Shown one piece after another: positions 26,326-37,444 of a DNA stretch of 49,553 bases. The notes under the pieces were generated by a model that searched no databases, was not told the DNA's origin, and saw only the letters and a program-made list of their open reading frames with translations. The stretch comes from a bacterium. Lineage in GTDB: Bacteria; Patescibacteriota; Minisyncoccia; Phycocordibacterales; UBA6899. The stretch spans positions 1-49,553 of the forward strand of contig JAYTCK010000045.1 of the NCBI GenBank assembly GCA_043736515.1. Reading direction: 5' to 3'. Made by a program: the position numbers and the translations under genes. Position 1 is the first letter of the stretch, and the number at the start of each line of letters is the position of its first letter.

Positions 26326-27846
26326 ATGAATCATCAAATTAAACAACCTAAGGGGTCGACTGATCCTGTTATTCCCAGTGACATTCTGCAAAAATCACTT
26401 TCTGCTGGCCACTGGTTTTTCCTTGATGTCGTTATGCAGAAAGTCCTTATTTTTGGGTCGTTTTTTATTACTGCAAGACTCCTTACTCCAGAAGATTTTG
26501 GTATTATTGCTTTGGCGATGATCTATCCTCATCTTCTTGATTCACTGACTGCCATTGCGTTTGACCTTGCCATAACGCAGAAAAAAGATGGGGAAGAAAA
26601 ACCCTACCTCAATGCGGTCTGGACATTTAACCTCTTGCGACTTGGCCTTGTGTTCTGTGTTGTTTTTTTGTCCGCTACGTTTGCTGCAGATTTTTTCAAT
26701 GCTTCCCATGCAGTTTTTCTTTTTCAACTAAGCACGCTTCCTCTCCTTTTTCAGGCAATGAGCAATATCGGACAAATATATTTTTTTCGCAATATTGATC
26801 TTAAAAAAGTTTTTATTCGAGATATGTTCCATTATGGAACAGCCGCAGTGGTTTCAATTGTCGGAGCAATACTATTGCATTCATATTGGGCGCTTTTTAT
26901 CGGAAGCGTATCGGGCATCTTCGTTGCGGCAGTATCAACATACTTTCTCAGTAGCTACCGCCCTCGTGTCGATTTCAAACTACAAAAACTGAGACCCTTG
27001 CTCAAATACAGTGAGTGGGTATTTGGACAGGGTATAGTCACTCGCATTGCGCAGACACTCGAAGATACGCTCGTTGGACATTTCACCAATGCAACAAGTG
27101 TGGGGTTCTATAGCAAAGCAAAATCCCTTGCATATGCACCAACTTCCCCTCTTGGAAACATCATCAGTAAAATTGGTTTTTCGGCCATAGTTGCGGTGCA
27201 AGATTCCTTGTCTCGCGTGCGTGAGGGATTTTACAAGAGTTTCGACCTTGCAACCGCTGTCGCCCTTCCTTTTGTTGCGGCGATTTGGATTGCGGGTGAC
27301 CGCTTGGTGTTAATCGTCCTCGGACCTACGTGGCTTGGTATTACCCCCCTTCTCGGGATTCTTGTCGTTGTGGCGGCACTCAATTCTTCAATTCTCAATA
27401 TCTCCACTGCAATGCTAAATGCACTGGGCAAGCCACAGCTTGTGTTTCGATTGAATATGCTTTCACTTGTATGTGCAGTCATTTTTTTGCCGCTGCTCGT
27501 TGTGCAAAATGGGATACAGGGCGCGGCAACAGCGATTCTGCTCACCTCAATAGCAGTAAACACCTACTCTCTGTTTCTCATTAATAAAATTATTGACCCG
27601 AGTTGGATTCGGCTTGGAGGAAGCGCTGCGGTTACTCTTTTCGCTGCGTCACTTCCTCTTTTATTTACTCCCCTACTTCTTAAGTTTGAACTCACCAATA
27701 CCACTTGGGGCTTTTTACTCATCGGAGTATTGATGGGTATTTTGTACATATCAACAATACTATTTTTTGGTAAATTTTTTCAAAAAGGGCCCTACGGTAC
27801 ACTTTTGATAATCCTACAATCTTTTCACAAACGGGGGCAGAAATAA
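26326..27846 (+). CDS. wzx: Oligosaccharide flippase (Wzx/MOP family)
   Basis: ARLLTPEDFGIIALA, about 12-14 TM segments, VGFYSKA, LVLIVLGPTW. Confidence 0.9.
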   Translation: MNHQIKQPKGSTDPVIPSDILQKSLSAGHWFFLDVVMQKVLIFGSFFITARLLTPEDFGIIALAMIYPHLLDSLTAIAFDLAITQKKDGEEKPYLNAVWTFNLLRLGLVFCVVFLSATFAADFFNASHAVFLFQLSTLPLLFQAMSNIGQIYFFRNIDLKKVFIRDMFHYGTAAVVSIVGAILLHSYWALFIGSVSGIFVAAVSTYFLSSYRPRVDFKLQKLRPLLKYSEWVFGQGIVTRIAQTLEDTLVGHFTNATSVGFYSKAKSLAYAPTSPLGNIISKIGFSAIVAVQDSLSRVREGFYKSFDLATAVALPFVAAIWIAGDRLVLIVLGPTWLGITPLLGILVVVAALNSSILNISTAMLNALGKPQLVFRLNMLSLVCAVIFLPLLVVQNGIQGAATAILLTSIAVNTYSLFLINKIIDPSWIRLGGSAAVTLFAASLPLLFTPLLLKFELTNTTWGFLLIGVLMGILYISTILFFGKFFQKGPYGTLLIILQSFHKRGQK

Positions 27847-27893
27847 AAAGAAACCTACTCGCCTAAACATAATAAAAACAGTAATATACAATC

Positions 27894-29111
27894 ATGAACT
27901 GCGCGGTCTGTCGGAGCACCAACCTTACAAAATTTCTTTCACTGGGACACCAACCTCCCAGTGATGCATTTTTAGATAAGCAAAATTTAGAACAGCCGGA
28001 GACTACCTTTCCCCTCGATCTTTACTTCTGCTCAGACTGCGCCCTCGTACAACTTGGCTATGCGGTTGATCCCGAAATTTTGTTTCGCGACTACGTATAC
28101 AATAGCGGGACCAACAATAGCTTAAAGGTGAACTTTGCTGCCCTGGTGGAAAAAATTGTTACAGAATACAAACTTACCGAAAATGATCTGGCGGTCGATG
28201 TCGGATCAAATGACGGAACGCTCCTTGAGAACTATATTGCGCACAAGGTAAAAATACTTGGCATCGATCCTTCAAGCAGCACCTCGATCGCTATCGAAAA
28301 GGGCATCCCCACTATTGTCGACTTTTTCAATAAATCAACTTCGGAAAAAGCTGTTACGATGTACGGTAAAGCAAAAGTGATCACAGCAACGAATGTTTTT
28401 GCGCATGTCGCAGCTCTTGATTCGTTTATGAATGGCATTACTGCTCTTTTGGCTGATGATGGAATTTTCATTACTGAGTCGGGGTATGTCGTAGATATGG
28501 TCGAGGGTATGCAATATGATTCGATCTATCATGAACACCTGCGCTATTACTCCCTCAAGCCGCTTATTAAACTTTTTGAAGGATACGGAATGGAGATTAT
28601 CGATATCGAGCACATCACCACTCACGGGGGGTCAATTCGGGTCTATGCAGCACGGAAAGATACGCAGAAAATAAATACTCGGGTAAGCGAGTGTCTCGAA
28701 AAAGAACGCGCGACAGGGTATCACGATATTGCGCTGTATCATGCATTTGCAAAAAACATTATTCTGACAAAATTTAAGCTACTCGATATTATTTTTTCGC
28801 TTAAAAAAGAGGGCGCTCGGATTGTGGGGATCGGGGCTCCGGCAAAAGGAAATACGCTTCTTAATTTTTGTAAAATTGATAGCGATATGATCAGCTACCT
28901 CACCGAAAAGAGTGCGCTGAAAATAGGTTTATTCTCTCCGGGGATGCACATACCCGTCATTGACGAACAGCGGATGCTTGAAGAGCAGCCCGAAGCAGCC
29001 CTTATACTTTCGTGGAATATCGCGGAAGAATTAAAGACGAAACTACGAAGTCTCGGGTATCGAGGGAAATTTATCACTCCTAATCCTATACCAAGGATAC
29101 TTGAGGATTAA
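27894..29111 (+). CDS. NDP-sugar C-methyltransferase (Zn-binding N-terminus; TcaB9-like), copy 1
   Basis: CAVC...CSDC zinc ligands, DVGSNDG, ATNVFAHV, YHEHLRYY, HGGSIR, GAPAKGNT, ILSWN. Confidence 0.9.
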   Translation: MNCAVCRSTNLTKFLSLGHQPPSDAFLDKQNLEQPETTFPLDLYFCSDCALVQLGYAVDPEILFRDYVYNSGTNNSLKVNFAALVEKIVTEYKLTENDLAVDVGSNDGTLLENYIAHKVKILGIDPSSSTSIAIEKGIPTIVDFFNKSTSEKAVTMYGKAKVITATNVFAHVAALDSFMNGITALLADDGIFITESGYVVDMVEGMQYDSIYHEHLRYYSLKPLIKLFEGYGMEIIDIEHITTHGGSIRVYAARKDTQKINTRVSECLEKERATGYHDIALYHAFAKNIILTKFKLLDIIFSLKKEGARIVGIGAPAKGNTLLNFCKIDSDMISYLTEKSALKIGLFSPGMHIPVIDEQRMLEEQPEAALILSWNIAEELKTKLRSLGYRGKFITPNPIPRILED

Positions 29112-29120
29112 TCTCATCAT

Positions 29121-29915
29121 ATGCAAAATATTCCACTCCTCGGCATGGGAACATGGGGCATGGGCGGCAAATTTGAACGCGATGCTAGTAATTTTGATGA
29201 ATCAGTCCTCGCCTTGCGCTATGGATTATCGCTCGGAATAAACCTCATTGATGTAGCTGAAATTTATGGGGAAGGCCTCTCAGAAGAGATCGTTGGTAAA
29301 GCTATCGAGTCATGCGAAAGAGAAGATGTGTATGTCATAAGCAAAGTATGGAAAGCAAATCTCCATTATGATGATGTGTTAAAAGCCGCTGAAGGAAGTC
29401 TGCAAAGACTTGGCACAGACCATATTGATCTCTACCTCATTCATTGGCCAAACGAAGAGATTCCGTTAAAAGAAACGATCGCAGCAATGGAGGTGCTGCT
29501 CGCGCAAAAAAAGATACGCGCAATCGGTTTGAGTAACTTTTTGGTGCCCCAAATAAAAGAAGCGCAAAGTTATCTTACAAACGCCACAATCGCAGCCAAC
29601 CAGATCGAATACAATTTAGGTGCACAGAGTGCGGATTTAGATATCATCCCCTATTGTAGAGATAATGATATCCGAGTAATCGGGTATCGACCTTTTGCAA
29701 AAGGCATACTAGCCAGCAACGCAAGTGTGCTCCAAAATGAACTCGCAAAAAAGTACAACAAAACTCCAAATCAGATCGCACTCAATTGGTTGATTGCGCA
29801 AGGTATCACTGCGATTCCCAAAGCAAGCAGTCATGAACATCTCAAAGAGAACGCCGGTGCACTGGGCTGGCAACTCAGTGAGGCAGATGTAGAGCTTTTA
29901 CGCTCAAGCAAATAA
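29121..29915 (+). CDS. Aldo/keto reductase
   Basis: LGMGTWGMG, DVAEIYG, SKVW, LQRLGTDHIDLYLIHWP, IGLSNF, NQIEY, AIPKA. Confidence 0.93.
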   Translation: MQNIPLLGMGTWGMGGKFERDASNFDESVLALRYGLSLGINLIDVAEIYGEGLSEEIVGKAIESCEREDVYVISKVWKANLHYDDVLKAAEGSLQRLGTDHIDLYLIHWPNEEIPLKETIAAMEVLLAQKKIRAIGLSNFLVPQIKEAQSYLTNATIAANQIEYNLGAQSADLDIIPYCRDNDIRVIGYRPFAKGILASNASVLQNELAKKYNKTPNQIALNWLIAQGITAIPKASSHEHLKENAGALGWQLSEADVELLRSSK

Positions 29916-30102
29916 TAGGCTCGCACAGCACAAAATTTCTTCCACAAGGTGGTACTTTACCGTGCTACTTTTTCTTAATCTGGAAGGTTAAAAACAGTGA
30001 AATCATTTAAAGAAAAAAATTACTGTGCACACAAAACATGACACAATATTTTAAAAAACGTAAATAGTTATTTTAGTGATTCTGTTATAACATAACACCA
30101 CC

Positions 30103-31236
30103 ATGGCAAAAACAAAGCAAAAAAAGGCACTTATTACTGGCATCACGGGACAGGACGGTTCGTATTTGGCGGGATTACTGCTTGAGAAGGGATACGAAGT
30201 ATACGGCATACAGCGACGAAGTTCCCTGCCCAATACTGATCGAGTGGATGAACTTTTTAGCAACAAAAAAAATGGGCGTTTTTTTATGCTTTATGGAGAT
30301 CTCACTGATAGTTCCAATCTTGCAAATATTATCCACAAAGTTCGCCCTGATGAGATCTACAACCTCGGTGCTCAAAGCCACGTCGGCATAAGTTTTGATG
30401 TTCCTGAATACACGGCAAATGTTGATGCGCTCGGACCGCTCCGTCTACTTGAAATCATTCGAGGTCTCGACTACCCAGTCAAATACTATCAAGCAAGCTC
30501 CTCAGAAATGTTTGGCAAGGTAGTTGAAACTCCACAAAGCGAGACGACTCCTTTTAACCCGCAGTCTCCCTATGGCGCATCGAAGGTATTCGCCTTTAAT
30601 GTTACCAAACTCTATCGGACAGGCTATGGAATATTTGCAGCAAACGGAATTTTGTTTAACCACGAATCTCCTCGCCGAGGACTTAATTTTGTTACCAGAA
30701 AGATTACCATCGGCCTTTCGCGGGTAAAACTAGGACTTCAACCCGTCCTTCGTATCGGCAACCTCGAATCGAAACGGGACTGGGGATATTCAAAAGATTA
30801 TGTCGAAGCCATCTGGCTTATTCTCCAGCAAAAAAAAGCTGACGATTATGTTATTGCAACTGGCGAAACTCACACGGTACGCGAATTCATCAATGAGGCA
30901 TCAAAACATCTCGATATGCATATTGAGTGGCGAGGAAAAGGCCTGAACGAAAAAGGGATTGATAAAATAACCGGCAAGGTTGTTGTTGAAGTGGACCCAC
31001 TTTATTTCAGACCAAATGAAGTTGACCTTTTGCTGGGCGACTCAAGAAAGGCGAAGAAAGTACTCGGCTGGAAACCAAAGGTCACCTTTAAGAAACTGGC
31101 GGAAATGATGGCGCTCGAAGACCTTGAATACGCAAAACGTGAAGCCATTCTTCGTACTCCCGTTGTTTCTCAGCGCAAATCTGCAAATTATGGACAAGAT
31201 ACTTTACAAAAACGAGCTCCTCGGAATAAGAATTAA
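30103..31236 (+). CDS. gmd: GDP-mannose 4,6-dehydratase
   Basis: [68 protein letters not shown]. Confidence 0.97.
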   Translation: MAKTKQKKALITGITGQDGSYLAGLLLEKGYEVYGIQRRSSLPNTDRVDELFSNKKNGRFFMLYGDLTDSSNLANIIHKVRPDEIYNLGAQSHVGISFDVPEYTANVDALGPLRLLEIIRGLDYPVKYYQASSSEMFGKVVETPQSETTPFNPQSPYGASKVFAFNVTKLYRTGYGIFAANGILFNHESPRRGLNFVTRKITIGLSRVKLGLQPVLRIGNLESKRDWGYSKDYVEAIWLILQQKKADDYVIATGETHTVREFINEASKHLDMHIEWRGKGLNEKGIDKITGKVVVEVDPLYFRPNEVDLLLGDSRKAKKVLGWKPKVTFKKLAEMMALEDLEYAKREAILRTPVVSQRKSANYGQDTLQKRAPRNKN

Positions 31237-31579
31237 AAAACTGAAGAGTGGTTCAGTTGCCATTACGGAAAGTGGGGCTTCTTTGCAGCTCCTTACGCTA
31301 AAAAACAAGAAGGGTCACACAGTCACGCCGCATTACCACAAGTCAACAAAACGAGTGACGCATGAGCTACAAGAATGTATTGTAATTCTCAAAGGAAAAG
31401 TACGTGTCGATCTGTATGCTGCGGGGAATAAGGTCGTTAAGCGCGTGGTACTCAAGCAGGGAGAGGCGTTTATTACGATTTCTGGAGGACACAGTATTCA
31501 TTTTCTTGAAAACTCAGAGATTATTGAGACGAAAAACGGTCCGTTTGTAAGTGACCGAATGCCCATTGTATCCGCATGA
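31190..31579 (+). CDS. Small cupin-fold protein (WbuC/WxcM-like)
   Basis: [27 protein letters not shown]. Start MDKIL (31190) overlaps the gmd 3' end by 47 bp. Confidence 0.75.
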   Translation: MDKILYKNELLGIRIKKLKSGSVAITESGASLQLLTLKNKKGHTVTPHYHKSTKRVTHELQECIVILKGKVRVDLYAAGNKVVKRVVLKQGEAFITISGGHSIHFLENSEIIETKNGPFVSDRMPIVSA

Positions 31580-32757
31580 AAATCCTTCTCCTGACGTCAA
31601 AATTAAACTTTAAAACAGCTGGAGGCTCCGTCATGGACCTTCACCTTAAGGCAAAGGGGCTCGTCGAGGCAGGGCACGAAGTCACCGTGGTGACAGCTTT
31701 TTCGCGTGCAAATATAATTTCTGATTCCCTCCCCTATGCGGTTATCGAGACAGACACCACAGCGCGAGGATTACTGGGAATACAGTACCATGGATACAAG
31801 ATCTTAAAAAAATACCAGTTGCATGCAGATGTGATGTATGTTGATGGTCAAATATTTATTTATGCAGGAGGCCTGTATCGTATGTTTGGAGGAAAGATTC
31901 CCGTGGTTCCTTTCTTTAATACGCGACTCAACTGCATGGGTGATACCTCAGGAAGTGCGAACACTACCCAATCATTCATCCAAAAAATAAAGAAGGCGCT
32001 CCGGCTTGCGATCGAGCACAAGATCGGAGTACCCATTGCCAACCGTTGCAATGCGTTCATTTTTAATACTCCACATGTGCAAGAGATATACCGCACGTTT
32101 GGCTTTGACACCAAAAGAAGTACGGTCATAGAAGATTTTGTGGACACGCAGAGTACCATCACGAAATACAGCATTACAAACGAGACAATTGCCCTTCAGC
32201 AGAAAACCAGTGGGGTGATCACCCTTTTTTCAACGGGCAGAATGCTCCCCGAAAAAGGCTTTGATATTATTGTGCGGGCGTTTGCATTGCTCCCCAATAA
32301 AGAAAAATACCACGTGATCCTTTCGGGTGGAGGGCCGGACAAAGAACGAATCGAAAAACTCATCAAAGAGATGAGGCTTGAAGAATATTTCACTCTTCCG
32401 GGTTGGGTGGACAAAGAAACCCTCGCCCATTATTTCCTTACCTCACAAATATTTATATTTCCCAAATGGTGGATCGAATATGGTTCAGCACTTTTGACCG
32501 AAGCACTGGCCTTCGGACTCCCCTGTATTATTCCCGGGGGCGGTGCACTCGAGTGGCTCACGGAGAGTAACTCACCTGTGTTTAAAAACGACGACCCAAA
32601 AGAGCTGGCACTGCGTATTTTAGAGCTGGGAGAAGATGAGAAACTCCGGATTTCCTATGGGATGAAGAGTCTCAAACGAGCGGAGACACTGGATTCCAGA
32701 AAACTTTCAAATAAACTTATTGCAATGCTCACCAAAATTGAGAGCGCGCGCGCCTAA
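31576..32757 (+). CDS. Glycosyltransferase family 4
   Basis: GHEVTV, STGRMLPEKGFD, SGGGP, PGWV, EYGSALLTEALAFGLP (E-x7-E variant). Confidence 0.9.
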   Translation: MKILLLTSKLNFKTAGGSVMDLHLKAKGLVEAGHEVTVVTAFSRANIISDSLPYAVIETDTTARGLLGIQYHGYKILKKYQLHADVMYVDGQIFIYAGGLYRMFGGKIPVVPFFNTRLNCMGDTSGSANTTQSFIQKIKKALRLAIEHKIGVPIANRCNAFIFNTPHVQEIYRTFGFDTKRSTVIEDFVDTQSTITKYSITNETIALQQKTSGVITLFSTGRMLPEKGFDIIVRAFALLPNKEKYHVILSGGGPDKERIEKLIKEMRLEEYFTLPGWVDKETLAHYFLTSQIFIFPKWWIEYGSALLTEALAFGLPCIIPGGGALEWLTESNSPVFKNDDPKELALRILELGEDEKLRISYGMKSLKRAETLDSRKLSNKLIAMLTKIESARA

Positions 32758-33566
32758 GTGAGCTCGGTATTGGTCGCGAGATAGACCTTGGGGTGTGTCG
32801 GAGTGCGAACCACACTGAATCCTTTTTCTTTCAAAAATGTAATGAGCTCTTCTGCGGGGTGGTCCTTGTGGTCATGAATCTCAAGAGTAATATACCGCAC
32901 CATTTTGTAGACATCATCAGGAAGGGCAAATAAAAGATCATACTCCAATCCTTCAATGTCCATTTTAATGAGGTCGATGCGGGCAAGTTTATGCTCAGAA
33001 ATAATTTCCGGGATACTCGTGCAGCGAACTTTCTCACTTTTGGCGATATGCTCAGTTTCAACTTGATCAGCAATAAGACTGTGCGCAAACTCTTCGTCAG
33101 AGTAAGTCATCATTGCTTCTCCTGGTGCCACTGCCACTGCGAGTTGAAATGCCTTTACCTCGTTCTCAAGGTGATTAAGCGCAATATTTTTTTTGAGAAT
33201 TTCAAAATTAGTGCTGGCCGGTTCATAAGCAAATACGCGGGAAAGAGGAAAACACTTTTCAGCAAAAAGCGTGAAGGCGCCAATGTTTGCCCCGATGTCA
33301 AAAATTATGGGCGCGCTCCCAAGCGGTAAATCCTTGATCTGATAATCATCGCGCGAAAACATTTCGTGTACGACAACCCAATCCGGTCCAAAAATATTTC
33401 TTACATACACACTCGGTCCATTTCTGATCGTAATAATCTTCGCTTTCCCACCCAAACGATTTAGGGGCCAAACTAATGAATACCAATTACTATAGGCATT
33501 AATTCGAGACAAGACATGAGCAAAACGGGAAATAGAATTATTGTCCTCAGTGGTTATTTCATTCAT
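32754..33566 (-). CDS. FkbM-family methyltransferase
   Basis: FDIGANIGAF, YEP, IDLIKMDIEGLE. Confidence 0.92.
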   Translation of the reverse strand: MNEITTEDNNSISRFAHVLSRINAYSNWYSLVWPLNRLGGKAKIITIRNGPSVYVRNIFGPDWVVVHEMFSRDDYQIKDLPLGSAPIIFDIGANIGAFTLFAEKCFPLSRVFAYEPASTNFEILKKNIALNHLENEVKAFQLAVAVAPGEAMMTYSDEEFAHSLIADQVETEHIAKSEKVRCTSIPEIISEHKLARIDLIKMDIEGLEYDLLFALPDDVYKMVRYITLEIHDHKDHPAEELITFLKEKGFSVVRTPTHPKVYLATNTELT

Positions 33567-33593
33567 AAGTGTGATTATATTAGCATTCCTATC

Positions 33594-35333
33594 TCAAAAA
33601 GCATAGAAATAAAACCTGCTAGTTGAGGTAGCCAAAGTGAGTCCTGGAAGCTCATTTTTGAGGCTGGGTGAGATTGGGGCCTCTGAAGCAAGGTAATCCA
33701 TGCGATAGGCCAATACTTGCTCCTTGAGGTCTTCTTGAACAAAACTTCGGTATTTTTCCACAAGCTCAGGGATTTGCGCCAAGACCCACGGATCAGCGCC
33801 TTCGGCAAACATATTGGTCCAGTTGGTAAAGAAGTATATATGGATATCCTCGGGGTGGGCTTCCATGTATTCACGAGCCTGCTCTGGGTCTATTCCGGCT
33901 AATCGCAGGCGCAAAAGATAGTTATGGAGAACCCGCTCATTTGTGATCCCAAAAAAAGTAGATGTGGTGGTATATGTATTACAGTGCGTATACGCCGGAA
34001 TAAGGCGCTCAAATTGCTCATTGTTTTCTTTGATCAACACAACACAATCTTTTTGCGCCTGAGTATTCAAAAAATCAAACGCACCGGCATATTGTTGCAG
34101 CTTCCGAAAATCCCCGACCTTGTACACATAACTGAATGCATACAAGGTACCTACTGCGAGACAAAGTGTGACGCCGATGCTTATTCCCAAAAACCACAAT
34201 GTGCGCAAATATCGACGCCACACTAAATAAGACACGAGCACTGAAACCAAAAGTGTGATTGGAATAGTATATTGAACAAAATGGTGGTACCAAATTGCTC
34301 TTCCAGTAATTATTTGTTGATTAAACGCTATCCAGCTTCCGAGCATAAGTGCGGACATAAATAACCACACCTTACTATTTTCTTCAATATATTCGCGATC
34401 TTTCTTGAAATAATATGAATAACAAAAGCTGATCACAAAGAAGAGTGTTGTGGCGATAAGCAGTTTATTAAAAACAGGACTGTGAGTAAAATATAGTCCA
34501 TTTCGCTCGGCAAGCATCTTCCCCTCCTCCCCCCCGACAGCCGTCAGGGTGTTATACCAATAAGGGGCATCAATGATCAGGGAGATAAGCAAGGCGATTC
34601 CTAATTCTTTCACAATCACATACTCCTTTCGCAAAATAAAAATTCCTATTGTAGACACCAGAATTGAAATCGAGATACCGAGCGTAAAAAAATACCCTAC
34701 TGTCGCCGCAAGCAGGACGCCGACCCCAACATATGCATAGCGATATTTTCGCGCGACAACCCACCAAATTAGGTTCAGTAGTCCAAAGATCATGAGTGCC
34801 CCGATAATCGGATTAGCCGGACGTGTCCACAACAAAAGACTTGTCTCGTGATTCATGCCCCGGAGTAAAGGAATGGAGACTTGATAATTTACCAGTTCGG
34901 TCCCAAATATGACTAAAAGTCCGGATGTAAGTGCGGCTAATTTTGCGTATTCCCTTTCTCTGCCAATCATATTGACCACCAAAAAATAGGCGAGGAAAAA
35001 CAACATTGCGGGGAAAAGGAATTTGCTTGCGATCATTACAAACGAGAGACCGAACAATAACGCAGGAATAGCATAAAAATATTCGTTAATCGGGGGCATG
35101 ATCACAGAATCATTTTTGTACTCATAGAGGTGAAACGAGGCAACCGCCAAGTGTCCATCAAGTATCTCCTGTATGCGCGCGCGGTAGTGATCTTCATTGT
35201 CTAAATACAGAAATTGTACCCCCCTGTAATCTTCCCCAAGCGCAAAAGGCGCAAGGATAGAGGGCAGAACCGCCAAAATGCCGACAAAGACAGCGAAGCA
35301 AAGTGCTAAAAAATATTCCCGGAAAAATCTCAT
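33594..35333 (-). CDS. Polytopic membrane protein, probable GT-C-fold glycosyltransferase
   Basis: About 12-13 TM segments; acidic loop after TM1 (LDNEDHYRARI); soluble C-terminal domain. Start MRFFR (35333) with a TAATG overlap. Confidence 0.6.
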   Translation of the reverse strand: MRFFREYFLALCFAVFVGILAVLPSILAPFALGEDYRGVQFLYLDNEDHYRARIQEILDGHLAVASFHLYEYKNDSVIMPPINEYFYAIPALLFGLSFVMIASKFLFPAMLFFLAYFLVVNMIGREREYAKLAALTSGLLVIFGTELVNYQVSIPLLRGMNHETSLLLWTRPANPIIGALMIFGLLNLIWWVVARKYRYAYVGVGVLLAATVGYFFTLGISISILVSTIGIFILRKEYVIVKELGIALLISLIIDAPYWYNTLTAVGGEEGKMLAERNGLYFTHSPVFNKLLIATTLFFVISFCYSYYFKKDREYIEENSKVWLFMSALMLGSWIAFNQQIITGRAIWYHHFVQYTIPITLLVSVLVSYLVWRRYLRTLWFLGISIGVTLCLAVGTLYAFSYVYKVGDFRKLQQYAGAFDFLNTQAQKDCVVLIKENNEQFERLIPAYTHCNTYTTTSTFFGITNERVLHNYLLRLRLAGIDPEQAREYMEAHPEDIHIYFFTNWTNMFAEGADPWVLAQIPELVEKYRSFVQEDLKEQVLAYRMDYLASEAPISPSLKNELPGLTLATSTSRFYFYAF

Positions 35334-36052
35334 TATTTCTTTTTTGCTACGCAATAGAGAACAGCAGACATCGTCTCAGCATGCGGCCAATAATTAAAAA
35401 TGAGGTCGAGTAGTTTGATTGGAAATGTGGTGAACATCACGGTATTCAAGATCAGCGAATAGAAAAATGGGGATCCGAACGAGAAAATCGTGGCAAAAAG
35501 ATGATTAATATAGACAGTGAACGCCGAAAACGGTCCGGCGCGAACACCAATCTCCATGATATCAAATCCCTCAAAAAGCACACTAATCCCCTCGTGCGTA
35601 AATCGCTGATAATCTGACGGGGAGGAATGAAATGGATACAAAAACGGAATAGCAACGTACACCAGCCCGCCAGAATGAAGCAGGCGCCACATTTCACGAA
35701 CGGCCGCTTGCGGATCTTTTACATGCTCAAGGACATTATCAGAAATGATTCGAGACACAGCACCCCCCTCCAGAGGAACCGCTAATACGTCCGCAACGAT
35801 CCCCACCCCCGCATAAGGATAGATATCTACATTTATTACACTTGGGTCGCTCATTAATCTTGGTCCCGAACCAAGATTAAGAGTTTTACCGTTAGATGGA
35901 TATTTTTTTAGAAACTTCTCACCCGAAAGTCCGCAAAACATCATCGGACCAAAGACCGTTCCTATAAAATAATAAAATTTTGGCCAACGTTTAAAAAAAA
36001 CACGAATATCAAATGTTGCAATAGTATTTTCTTGTTCTGTTTTTTTGCTCAT
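35333..36052 (-). CDS. Class I SAM-dependent methyltransferase
   Basis: LNLGSG, NVDI, NVLEHV, PFLYPFHSSPSDYQRFT. Start MSKKT (36052). Confidence 0.88.
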   Translation of the reverse strand: MSKKTEQENTIATFDIRVFFKRWPKFYYFIGTVFGPMMFCGLSGEKFLKKYPSNGKTLNLGSGPRLMSDPSVINVDIYPYAGVGIVADVLAVPLEGGAVSRIISDNVLEHVKDPQAAVREMWRLLHSGGLVYVAIPFLYPFHSSPSDYQRFTHEGISVLFEGFDIMEIGVRAGPFSAFTVYINHLFATIFSFGSPFFYSLILNTVMFTTFPIKLLDLIFNYWPHAETMSAVLYCVAKKK

Positions 36053-36816
36053 TTTTTTGTTGCAGTAAGTATCCATCCTGAATTATTCGGTGGAGGAGTG
36101 ACTTTAATATTTTGTAGCGGAAATCCTTCAACAAGGGCAATCACTTCTTCTTTCTTCCAGTAATTCGCCACATCAGGAATAAGTTGATCAAACACAATGC
36201 TATGCACATGCCAAAAATCAAAAGTTGAAAGTTGTTTCAAATAGTTACTGGGACCCTTGAATATCTTTATAAAAACATACAGTGGGATCGAGCAAAAATA
36301 CGAGAGAAAATGCACGAGTCCTAATGGGAGTTTCGATGTGAGGTGGATACGTACAGGGTCTACGTAGCGCACTATCCACTCATTACCTTCATAACCGTAT
36401 ACCCAGATGAGGAGCTTCCCACCTGGCTTCAGCGCCTTTACCATGTTCGCAACTGCAAGCTTCGGTTCCTTGAGGTGATGAATCACCCCAATAGAGAAGG
36501 TAATATCAAATGCGTTGTTCCAGTCGATTTCATAAATACTTTTATACAAAACTTTTGCCGTGACAAATTCTTTGAGTGTTTCTTTTGCGCGCTCGACCGA
36601 ACGCTCATCGAAATCAAAAGCGGTGATAGAAGCCGCGCCCCACTTCATCGGCCAAAAGCTATTGCGCCCCATGCCACAGCCAGCATCCAGCACGTCTTTG
36701 CCTTTCCAATCAGTTGGTGTTAAGGGGTGTGTCCAATTAAGAAACTGCCCCTCGTAGTCTTTTGCGACCCAAGAGTATTTATCCCACTCGTACCCGAAAC
36801 GGTTTTGAGATGACAT
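36049..36816 (-). CDS. Class I SAM-dependent methyltransferase
   Basis: VLDAGCGMGR, FDF, SIGVIHH, LKPGG. Confidence 0.92.
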   Translation of the reverse strand: MSSQNRFGYEWDKYSWVAKDYEGQFLNWTHPLTPTDWKGKDVLDAGCGMGRNSFWPMKWGAASITAFDFDERSVERAKETLKEFVTAKVLYKSIYEIDWNNAFDITFSIGVIHHLKEPKLAVANMVKALKPGGKLLIWVYGYEGNEWIVRYVDPVRIHLTSKLPLGLVHFLSYFCSIPLYVFIKIFKGPSNYLKQLSTFDFWHVHSIVFDQLIPDVANYWKKEEVIALVEGFPLQNIKVTPPPNNSGWILTATKK

Positions 36817-36820
36817 GATT

Positions 36821-37402
36821 TTATTCAGCTTTTATAAACAAAAATTCTATTTCATCGAATCCTCCGACCCAGAAGCACCAAATCCGGCTGGTGGATGCGG
36901 GAGAAATATTTGCGAGAAAAGATATACATGCATTCACTACACGCAAGAAAGCAATTGTCATTTTCCCATATCCCATATATGGGAGTAGGTGAAAAAATGC
37001 AAGCCACGAAAAACGCATAGATTTCAAATTAAGGGGAACGCCGTAATAACCAGATTTTGTGAAATTCTTGTTGAAGTAAAGTGGGAATGTCACATCAAAT
37101 CCGTGTGAATGCTCTGCGTGTGTAAATCCACGACTAAAGTGCGGAACCTTTACATGTAGAGTCCCACCCACCTTGAGCATGCGATGAAACTCTTTCATGA
37201 TGACAAATGGCTTATCAAGATGCTCGAGTACGTGAAATGCTTCAATGAGGTCTACGGAATTATCTTTAAAAGGATATGGGGCAGCATTAAGGTCGTGGAC
37301 GACATCTGGCCTCGCTAGTTGGGACCAGTCGACATTAATATAGCCAACCTTGTGGTCTTCCCCGCAACCGAGGTTGAGTTTATTTAAAACATTGTCACTC
37401 AT
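36821..37402 (-). CDS. Class I SAM-dependent methyltransferase (short form)
   Basis: LNLGCG, GYINVD, HDLN..PYPF, HVLEHL, LKVGG...VKVPH. Confidence 0.88.
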   Translation of the reverse strand: MSDNVLNKLNLGCGEDHKVGYINVDWSQLARPDVVHDLNAAPYPFKDNSVDLIEAFHVLEHLDKPFVIMKEFHRMLKVGGTLHVKVPHFSRGFTHAEHSHGFDVTFPLYFNKNFTKSGYYGVPLNLKSMRFSWLAFFHLLPYMGYGKMTIAFLRVVNACISFLANISPASTSRIWCFWVGGFDEIEFLFIKAE

Positions 37403-37444
37403 AAAGTCAGTCTAGTCTATCAACAATAATCAGTATAAACAACT

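Noticed and set aside
31190-31236. 47-bp gmd/cupin overlap as a programmed frameshift or fusion
   Set aside because: Both ORFs are complete, the cupin has its own ATG, and no slippery site or stimulatory structure was seen.
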